Below, piece after piece: positions 25,821 to 32,973 of a DNA stretch of 32,973 bases. A program made the position numbers and the translations under genes. How positions within the stretch are numbered: the first letter of the stretch is position 1; each line of letters begins with the position of its first letter. The notes below the pieces were generated by a model. The model worked only from the letters and a program-made list of their open reading frames with translations, had not been told where the DNA came from and did not search any database. Source of the DNA: Candidatus Cloacimonadota bacterium (GTDB lineage: Bacteria > Cloacimonadota > Cloacimonadia > Cloacimonadales > WRIO01); contig JAKQQL010000100.1 of the NCBI GenBank assembly GCA_029564175.1, positions 1 through 32,973 of the forward strand, read 5' to 3'.

Positions 25821-26561
25821 TCAGGTCTTCTCAAGTTTTAATTTAATCAGGCGGGTATCAGTTACTACAAAAATACAGTTTTCGAAGGCATCATAGTCAC
25901 TGATATAGAGTAATTCGGAGTCTAATTCAATTGAACTGATTAATTGTCCTGTTTCATTATTCAGTAATAAAATAGATTTTTTTTGAGGAATAAAGAATAT
26001 GGTATGCAATAAACGTTTATCTTGCGAAGGAGTGATCAGAAATGGACTTAAATTTTGGTTGAGTGAAGGCATTTTCAGATCAGAATACTGATTTTTCCAA
26101 AGAATTTCTCCATCGCTTCTGCGTAAATTAAAGAAATTTGATGAATCATCGCAGGCAATCACACGATTACGGTCAAGAAGATCAAAGTATATAACCGGAT
26201 GATTAAACTGTCTTTTCCATTTAATCTCTGAGTTTTTCTTATTGTAAACGATGATTTTATCAAATGCAACCAGATACAGATTATCAAGATCAAAAGCGGG
26301 TTTCATTGTCAGATCGAATGGCAGGTTTGTTGACCATTCTTTTTTGAGTTCGAGGGAATTATTCTTCAGTAGTATTTTTTCAAATTCTACCTGTAAGTTT
26401 ATGGGAATTTTATCAAAATCGATATTTCTGATTCTCTGTTGAATCAGATATTTACTTTTTTCAATATTGACTTCAACGTCATTATCGCGAAAAAAGGTGT
26501 AATAGACTGAAATCAAGATAACTGCAATTAAGAATACCATGGTAAAGAGATATCTTTTCAA
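25821..26561 (-). CDS. Membrane-anchored PQQ/BamB-like beta-propeller repeat protein
   Basis: Likely TTG start at 26561 after AGGAGG; N-terminal TM; repeats SEIKWK, DGEILWK, ETGQLI. Confidence 0.7.
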   Translation of the reverse strand: MKRYLFTMVFLIAVILISVYYTFFRDNDVEVNIEKSKYLIQQRIRNIDFDKIPINLQVEFEKILLKNNSLELKKEWSTNLPFDLTMKPAFDLDNLYLVAFDKIIVYNKKNSEIKWKRQFNHPVIYFDLLDRNRVIACDDSSNFFNLRRSDGEILWKNQYSDLKMPSLNQNLSPFLITPSQDKRLLHTIFFIPQKKSILLLNNETGQLISSIELDSELLYISDYDAFENCIFVVTDTRLIKLKLEKT

Positions 26562-26726
26562 AACGCCTCCTGTTTTAATACAAACTAATACTTCCAAAAA
26601 TGAAAAATATCTGATTTATCCACTATTTTCATAAATGGAATATGAGTCTGTTTAATTGATTAACAAAAAGGGATGTCAACATGTGTGAAAATATCATAAT
26701 CTGTTCGACCGATACAAAGAACAAGA

Positions 26727-27812
26727 TTAAGTCCACCATTTGACAAAACTACGGATAAACACTCTGTATAATGTTGGAATGTCATGGAGCATATTAGTGT
26801 AAGCGGCATTCGCTAAAGGGCAATAACATTCTTTGTTTTTTATCGATGTTCTTTCTCTTTTTGCCAGATCCGAGAACCAAATTTTCTTAAAATCAAATTG
26901 ATTTTGTCTTAGATTTCCTAATGATTTTGCTTTTATACAACACATCCACACATCGCCATCCGGAGATATCTGGGTAGAGGCAATACCTGCATAACAGGGG
27001 ATAATCTGGGTCTTATATTTCAATACTTTTTTTACAAGATTGTAATATTCAATTCTAAAAGCCTGAGTAATTCGATTGACTCTTTTTTTGATTTTTGTAT
27101 TTTTTATTCTGTGAATCAGATAATCAATGACAGCTTTATAAGAAAACAAAGAGGGTGTAATATCAAGCCCCATTGTGCCTAGCTCAACCCGTTCCTCTGC
27201 TATCTCAGTAATGTACTGATCAGGATTCATATTCATGAGCGTATTAGAAATTTTTGTAAAATTGTTTACATTAAACTTGGAAATGACAGAATGAATCCCA
27301 ATAGAAACGTTATTCAGATTTTTTTTGCGAAGTTCTTTATAAGTTTGTAATACTTTTTGATAATTTCCTTCTACATTTCTGATACGGTCATGTTCTTCGC
27401 CTATTCCATCAATGGATAGATTTATGATAATCTGCGATTTAGGGCAGGCTTTGGCAATTTTCTCAACAGATTCAACAATTCTGTTTGTTAGCAATCCATT
27501 GCTGGGGATATTTATCATCGCAGGTTTACAGTATTTGTATGCCAATGATGCAATTTCAACAATCTCTTGTTTTAAAAATGGCTCACCACCGCTAAATGTA
27601 ATCCAATAAGGGCTTTTTCCTATGTTTTTAAAAAGCTTTTCATATTCATCCAAAGTAAGATGATCACATTGCTTTTTATAGATATTGCAGGTATTACATT
27701 TTGAATTACAACGATAAGTTAAACTGATGGTATAATTGATAGGAAGGAGTTTAGGAAACCCTGTTAAGTATGATAATTTATAAGCAAAAATACGTGGTAG
27801 AATTTCAAACAT
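26727..27812 (-). CDS. Radical SAM enzyme with C-terminal SPASM/twitch-like Cys motif
   Basis: CNSKCNTC, SGGEPF, LSIDG...HD.IR, PCYAG...ISPDGDVWMCC...GN...CYC. Confidence 0.9.
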   Translation of the reverse strand: MFEILPRIFAYKLSYLTGFPKLLPINYTISLTYRCNSKCNTCNIYKKQCDHLTLDEYEKLFKNIGKSPYWITFSGGEPFLKQEIVEIASLAYKYCKPAMINIPSNGLLTNRIVESVEKIAKACPKSQIIINLSIDGIGEEHDRIRNVEGNYQKVLQTYKELRKKNLNNVSIGIHSVISKFNVNNFTKISNTLMNMNPDQYITEIAEERVELGTMGLDITPSLFSYKAVIDYLIHRIKNTKIKKRVNRITQAFRIEYYNLVKKVLKYKTQIIPCYAGIASTQISPDGDVWMCCIKAKSLGNLRQNQFDFKKIWFSDLAKRERTSIKNKECYCPLANAAYTNMLHDIPTLYRVFIRSFVKWWT

Positions 27813-27813
27813 C

Positions 27814-28719
27814 TTAGTCTCTGTTTTTGTATTTTAAAGATTTTGAACTGTCAATGGTATTCCATTTGAAAGGGTTAATTCTTTTCACTTTATAATCATA
27901 AGTGCCAAGTAAACGGCAGAAAATTTCAAGCTTTGCGACTGCAATGATTTTAATAATATCTTTCGGATTTTTAAAACAGGACTTGATAAACAGGAAAAGC
28001 ATTAAAAATGGGTCCTGCGAAGTGACCTGATAAGCATGATTTTCTTTTAGCCATAAATGACCCGCTGCAATGCGTCTTCTTTGTTTGATAAAATCAAAAA
28101 TAGTTTCAGGCCCTTTATTATGAATAATGGCAGAAGAGATGTAAAGCAACTGATAGCTGTTTTCTCTGATAAGTGCTTCAATACTGGCTTCATCTACTGC
28201 AGAGTCTGAGGGTATCTCTTCAAAAATTCTGCGAAAAGCAACCATCTCGCCAAGTTTGGGACTTTGCATCGCCATTTCATGATGCAGACTCCATAGCAGG
28301 TTGACCGCAAATCCTATAAAAGTAGATTTGCTGTTTTCAGGAACCGGACGCCCGCCTGTCATGCCAATCAGTTTATTTTTAAAAGGTTTAACCAGTTTTT
28401 CAATGACATCAGATTCAGGTATTGTATCCGCACTCTCAATCACAAGGATTTTGGAAATCGCCTGAGATATAAATAGATTGATTGCTGCTGATTTTCCATT
28501 CCTTTCTTTTTCCTGAATCAGTCGGATAATTGGGTGTTTATCAATAAATGATTGAACAATCTGGTCTGTTTTGTCTGTTGAGGCACTGGATACAACGATA
28601 ATTTCAACTATCTCAACCGTTTGTAATTTTTGATGAAGTAGTGCCGTAAGAATATTCGCAATGTTTTTTTCTTCGTTATAAGCAAAAACGCCAACACTGC
28701 ATTGTATTTTTTCTACCAT
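27814..28719 (-). CDS. Glycosyltransferase family 2
   Basis: Start moved to ATG at 28719 (MVEKIQ), removing the overlap with nusB. AYNEE, STDKT, GKSAAIN, ESADT, VDE, QRRRI.AGH. Confidence 0.88.
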   Translation of the reverse strand: MVEKIQCSVGVFAYNEEKNIANILTALLHQKLQTVEIVEIIVVSSASTDKTDQIVQSFIDKHPIIRLIQEKERNGKSAAINLFISQAISKILVIESADTIPESDVIEKLVKPFKNKLIGMTGGRPVPENSKSTFIGFAVNLLWSLHHEMAMQSPKLGEMVAFRRIFEEIPSDSAVDEASIEALIRENSYQLLYISSAIIHNKGPETIFDFIKQRRRIAAGHLWLKENHAYQVTSQDPFLMLFLFIKSCFKNPKDIIKIIAVAKLEIFCRLLGTYDYKVKRINPFKWNTIDSSKSLKYKNRD

Positions 28720-28729
28720 GATAAACCTT

Positions 28730-29212
28730 TTATTCTGTAGGAATTGATTCAGACTGAGTATTTGACTGTTCAACTTCTTTATGATGATGAACAGCATCTA
28801 ACACTGCATTAATGTATGGTGCTGAAGTCTCAGAACAGAACTTTTTAGTGATTTCCAGGGATTCGTTAATCACAACCGGAGCGGGAGTGTTAAAAAAAAC
28901 CATTTCAAATACTGCCAGTCTCATGATGCATAAGTCAACTCTGGCGATTCTTTCGGTTGTCCAGCCTTTACTGTGTTTGTTAATGATGTCATCGATTTCT
29001 GACAGAAGGGGGAGGAGCCCTTTTAACAGTTTTTCCGCAAATTTATAGATTTCTTTTTCAGTATCAACATGGTTTTCTTCTGCAACAATCTGAAGTTTCT
29101 CTTCGTACTTGTTTAAAAGATCCAGTTCTTGTAAATATTCGTCTCTTTCTTCGTATTCCAGGGCATAGAGAGACTGTATGACCAATTCTCGTGATTTTCT
29201 TCTAAAACTCAT
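28730..29212 (-). CDS. nusB: Transcription antitermination factor NusB
   Basis: RRKSRE..IQ.LY, W...RI..VD..I.RLA.FE, VVINE, K.F, INAVLD; follows ribH as in the common ribH-nusB order. Confidence 0.95.
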   Translation of the reverse strand: MSFRRKSRELVIQSLYALEYEERDEYLQELDLLNKYEEKLQIVAEENHVDTEKEIYKFAEKLLKGLLPLLSEIDDIINKHSKGWTTERIARVDLCIMRLAVFEMVFFNTPAPVVINESLEITKKFCSETSAPYINAVLDAVHHHKEVEQSNTQSESIPTE

Positions 29213-29224
29213 GATATTCCTGTC

Positions 29225-29692
29225 TTAATTTATAGAATTGAAAAGATTAACCATTTCAATGGCTGATAGGGCTGCGTCCCAGCCTTTGTTTCCAACTTTT
29301 GTACCTGCACGTTCAATAGCCTGTTCAATACTGTCAGTTGTAAGGACACCAAAAATGACGGGTTTATTGGTTTCAAGACTGACAGAGGCGATTCCTTTAC
29401 TGACTTCTGCACTGACATAATCAAAATGAGGTGTTGCACCACGAATAACCGTGCCAAGACAGATCACAGCGTTAAATCTATCTTTATGAGCAAGCATTTT
29501 AGCTGTCAGAGGTATTTCAAATGCACCAGGTACCCAAAATATCTCAATTTCGTCTTCATTTACTCCATGACGATAAAGACAGTCTAAACAACCGCCAAGT
29601 AATTTATTATTAATAAATTCATTAAAACGACTGACAATAATGGCATATCTAGCCTCTTTTGAAATCAGCTGACCTTCTGTTGTTTTTGGCAT
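29225..29692 (-). CDS. ribH: 6,7-dimethyl-8-ribityllumazine synthase
   Basis: [44 protein letters not shown]. Confidence 0.97.
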   Translation of the reverse strand: MPKTTEGQLISKEARYAIIVSRFNEFINNKLLGGCLDCLYRHGVNEDEIEIFWVPGAFEIPLTAKMLAHKDRFNAVICLGTVIRGATPHFDYVSAEVSKGIASVSLETNKPVIFGVLTTDSIEQAIERAGTKVGNKGWDAALSAIEMVNLFNSIN

Positions 29693-29723
29693 TTTAACCT
29701 CTTATTTATTTCTTTGATTTACA

Positions 29724-29751
29724 ATATTAAGCGAATATTAAAATTAGTCAA
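29724..29751 (-). promoter_or_regulatory. Putative sigma70-type promoter of the ribH-nusB-GT2-radical SAM unit
   Basis: Minus strand TTGACT (29751-29746) - 16 nt - TAATAT (29729-29724). Confidence 0.5.
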
Positions 29752-29842
29752 CCAAAATTTTGCCTATTGCTTTTGATCTTCATACATTAATTCTGCAATC
29801 TGATTTATAATTATCTTGATAATGAGCTTTGTCATTGTTGAT

Positions 29843-31669
29843 TTATGAGGCATCTAACTTTTCCTGTTTATTTTCGGTTCGCTTTCTTTCAGTATGATCT
29901 AGAATCTTCTTCCTCATTCTCAGACTGTCAGGTGTTACTTCCAGTAATTCATCATCTCCAATATATTCTAAAGCCAGTTCGAGAGAAAAAATTCTGGGTG
30001 GAATGAGTTTTATGGCATCATCACTGCCAGAAGCTCTCATGTTTGTCAGTTTTTTCCCTTTGCATACATTAATGACCAGATCATTGTCTTTTGTATGTTC
30101 TCCAACTATCATTCCTGCATACACTTCTGTATTGGGATGGATAAACAAAGTACCGCGTGGCTGGAAATTGTTGAGGGAGTACCCAAGTGCAATACCCGCT
30201 TCCATTGCAATTAGAGACCCATGTTTTGAACTGCTTATCTCCCCTTTATAATCATCGTAATCGTAAAAACATTGGTTTAATATGCCTGTTCCTCTGGTTT
30301 CTGTGAGAAATTCATTGCGAAACCCGATTAAGCCTCTGGAAGGAACGATAAACTCAAGCCTTGAATAGCCATCTACAGCAGCACTCATATTAACCATTTC
30401 ACCTTTTCTTCTTCCCATCAGTTCAATGACTGTCCCTACAAATTCTTCAGAAACATCTACAATTGCAAGTTCCATCGGTTCCAGTAAACGGCCTTCTTCT
30501 TCTTTAAAGATTACCTTTGGTTTTGATACCTGAAATTCATAACCTTCTCTGCGCATATTTTCCATTAGAATTGAAAGTTGAAGCTCGCCACGACCTTTGA
30601 CGATAAAAGTATCTGCAGAGTCCGTTTTTTCTACAACCAGAGAAATATTCGTTTGAAGCTCTTTTTGTAAACGTTCGTAAATTTTGTTTGAAGTTACCCA
30701 TTTCCCTGAACGACCCATAAAAGGAGAATCATTGATTAAGAATTCCATTGCCAGTGTAGGTTCATCAATATTGATAACAGGTAAAGCAACTGGATTCTCT
30801 TTGTCAGCAACCGTTTCACCGACATCTATTTTTTCAAGACCGGCAATTGAGATAATATCACCAGCCTGAGCCGTCTTGATTTCTTTTTTTAGTAAGCCTT
30901 CATAGGTAAATAATTTACTGACACGATATAAGATTCTGTCATCATCTCTTTTTATAAGCATGACTTCATCTCCAGTATTGATTGAACCGTTACAAATCTT
31001 TCCGGTACCCAGTTTGCCGAGATAGTTATCATATTCAATAGCAGATACAAGCATTTGTAAAGGCAGATTGACATCTCCTTCTGTATCCGGAACTTCTTCT
31101 ATAATGGTGTCTAGCAGTGGAAAAACATTGTCAGACTGATGTTCAATTTCTCTCAGGGCATAACCTTCTTTTGCTGAAGCATAAACCACGGGGAAATCAA
31201 GCTGTTCATCGCTGGCATTTAACTCAATAAATAAATCAAATACCATGTCTAACACATCATGTGGACGGGCATTTGGCCTGTCAATTTTGTTGATAACAAC
31301 AATCGGTTTAAGGCCTAATTCCAGTGAATTTTTTAATACATATTTTGTCTGAGGCATCGGACCCTCAAACGCATCAACCAGAAGTAAAACACAATCTACC
31401 ATTTTCATAATGCGCTGAACTTCTCCACCAAAATCAGCATGACCGGGTGTATCGACTATATTTATTTTATAATCTTTGTAATGAAGAGATGCATTTTTTG
31501 AAAAAATGGTGATTCCTCTTTCTTTTTCAATATCATTTGAATCCATGATTCTTTCAGAAACCTTTTCATTATCTCTGAACACCCCAGATTGTTTGAGCAT
31601 CGCATCAACCAGTGTTGTTTTGCCATGATCTACGTGTGCAATGATTGCAATATTCTTTATTTTTTGCAT
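29843..31669 (-). CDS. typA: Translational GTPase TypA/BipA
   Basis: NIAIIAHVDHGKTTLVD, ERGITI, DTPGHADFGGEV, NKID, GRGELQL.IL.ENMRREG, KKLTNMRASG, EVTP. Confidence 0.97.
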   Translation of the reverse strand: MQKIKNIAIIAHVDHGKTTLVDAMLKQSGVFRDNEKVSERIMDSNDIEKERGITIFSKNASLHYKDYKINIVDTPGHADFGGEVQRIMKMVDCVLLLVDAFEGPMPQTKYVLKNSLELGLKPIVVINKIDRPNARPHDVLDMVFDLFIELNASDEQLDFPVVYASAKEGYALREIEHQSDNVFPLLDTIIEEVPDTEGDVNLPLQMLVSAIEYDNYLGKLGTGKICNGSINTGDEVMLIKRDDDRILYRVSKLFTYEGLLKKEIKTAQAGDIISIAGLEKIDVGETVADKENPVALPVINIDEPTLAMEFLINDSPFMGRSGKWVTSNKIYERLQKELQTNISLVVEKTDSADTFIVKGRGELQLSILMENMRREGYEFQVSKPKVIFKEEEGRLLEPMELAIVDVSEEFVGTVIELMGRRKGEMVNMSAAVDGYSRLEFIVPSRGLIGFRNEFLTETRGTGILNQCFYDYDDYKGEISSSKHGSLIAMEAGIALGYSLNNFQPRGTLFIHPNTEVYAGMIVGEHTKDNDLVINVCKGKKLTNMRASGSDDAIKLIPPRIFSLELALEYIGDDELLEVTPDSLRMRKKILDHTERKRTENKQEKLDAS

Positions 31670-32148
31670 TTTAACCCTTTATGGCTTCTCAGGTAAATTA
31701 CCTGCAATACGTTCTATTGAATAGCCTTAACTTTCTATATTATTTGATATTTAAAAGATTTAATTTATTACTTTTTATATCTTCTGTTAGTCAGTTTTTT
31801 TATAAATAGAATAAAGTCAAGAAAAAGAGAAGGAAAGATTTAAGAACATAGCAGAAGTGAAAAATATCAAGCAATTTTACAATAAAACAGGTGATTTTAT
31901 TGCTGACATACTTAACGAAATCTACAAATCTTTTTAAACCTCATATCAGTTTCAATGATTTCAAGATCAAAAAGAACCCGTTTCATTCTGCCTGCTATAC
32001 TGCTTAAATACAGGTCGATTAAAAGGTTTATGATGATGTAGCTAAGTGCTACCTTGCCGATTTTTAACAGGATAGAAAAGAAAAAGATATGAGAAATAAT
32101 TTGGATTTATATTAAAAATATGTATATTATCAAAAGGAGATAATAAGT

Positions 32149-32742
32149 ATGAAAGTCATTTTAAATCGAAAAATCAAACATGATTACCCTAAAAAGATAA
32201 ATGATTTGAATCTGGCCTGGTATAATCAGGGGAAATGTTGTGTGAGCCGGAGTAAATGTGAACATCAGATACAATCACAAAATATCTATATCAGAGAAAT
32301 GAACTCTGTTATTCATTGTTTGTGGGGTGAGATTGACTGCTCAGCAAAAAGAGATTTGAAAAAGTATTCTGTTGCTTATAAACTCAGGTATCCAACTTTG
32401 AGAAAACGTGGCAATAATACTTACAGTGTATTTTTGATGATTTGTCATGCCTTGATTAAGTATTATCACCTAAAGGAATTATCTTCTGATTACCTGTATC
32501 TTTATCTGAAAGATTTATTGAGTGATTATTCTGTTTATCAAATGATACAGAAAGGTATTTTAAAACCTGTTAAAAATGCGTATCAGCTAAAAAAATATAT
32601 TATTAAAACATATCATGTGATAAAAAGTATAAAAATTTCAAGCAATCTGTATATCAGAAAATTAAATAATGATTTACCAGGCTACTGTCATGATGATCTT
32701 GAAAACAAGTCTCCGCCTGTGAATTTTTTCATGTTTTGTTGA
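32149..32742 (+). CDS. Hypothetical basic protein
   Basis: 197-aa ORF with AAGGAG RBS, divergent from typA; no catalytic motif recognised. Confidence 0.65.
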   Translation: MKVILNRKIKHDYPKKINDLNLAWYNQGKCCVSRSKCEHQIQSQNIYIREMNSVIHCLWGEIDCSAKRDLKKYSVAYKLRYPTLRKRGNNTYSVFLMICHALIKYYHLKELSSDYLYLYLKDLLSDYSVYQMIQKGILKPVKNAYQLKKYIIKTYHVIKSIKISSNLYIRKLNNDLPGYCHDDLENKSPPVNFFMFC

Positions 32743-32973
32743 GTAAGCGTCTGAATAAAAGCTTAAAACAGTCATACGATCTAATTCATAGATTATTTTG
32801 ATTTTAAACTGGATACAAAACATGGATAAAATCAGGCATACCCCGAAAAATTATAAGCTTGAATTCTTTAAATACTCAAATTTCCTGCATTTAAGCATAA
32901 AAATAAAGCATAGACAAGAAATTATTCACAAAACTCTCAAATACTGGCATAATTTGCATTCAGTTTTGTTTTT

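Noticed and set aside
29693..29842. FMN riboswitch upstream of ribH (or of ribBA)
   Set aside because: No AGGGCGGGGTGAAATTCCC-type core; ribBA has no leader space.
1124..30869. Short ORFs nested in or antisense to long genes (e.g. 1124-1390, 3627-4028, 18451-18783, 23778-24080, 30003-30251)
   Set aside because: They overlap well-supported CDSs and show no motifs or RBS; expected shadow ORFs.
32822..32973. Open frame running off the right edge (MDKIRHTPK...)
   Set aside because: Only ~50 codons visible, weak RBS, no motif; cannot be supported without downstream sequence.

Overview
AT-rich, densely coded bacterial chromosomal segment. No tRNA, rRNA, CRISPR array, transposase or phage gene is visible. 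Two secreted proteins end in a YPNP...(Y/F)NIKGQK C-terminal sorting/FlgD-Ig-like domain. Together with the low GC, this suggests an FCB-group anaerobe, most plausibly Cloacimonadota (inference, not a database result). The + strand (200-11982) carries a secreted CTD protein, adk, ktrB/ktrA, a kinase-less HAMP-PAS membrane protein, rluD, a REC-PP2C phosphatase, a small Cys-rich protein, ribBA, a TPM protein, a DUF445-like protein and a two-subunit 3-oxoacid CoA-transferase. The - strand (12046-21390) carries DUF3467, an enlarged divergent GcvT-like protein, a secreted C39-like peptidase, a 1306-aa secreted FN3/CTD protein, a hypothetical protein and an orphan BMP lipoprotein. These are followed by rqcH and a DUF2179-like gene (+), then a TPR histidine kinase, a small membrane protein, a beta-propeller protein, radical SAM, GT2, nusB, ribH and typA (-), and one hypothetical gene (+). 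The best non-annotated signals are: (1) REP/REPIN-like palindromes with compensatory changes at 21-140 and a collapsed copy at 9931-9978; (2) a BMP 5' leader built from two AGGA-loop hairpins plus an AGGA Shine-Dalgarno, resembling a CsrA/RsmA target; (3) an RqcH that appears to lack its HhH region; (4) an output-less HAMP-PAS sensor behind ktrBA; (5) a GT2 + radical SAM pair; (6) 21-bp-period direct repeats upstream of two adjacent secreted-protein genes. Family assignments come from recognised motifs only; no searches were run.
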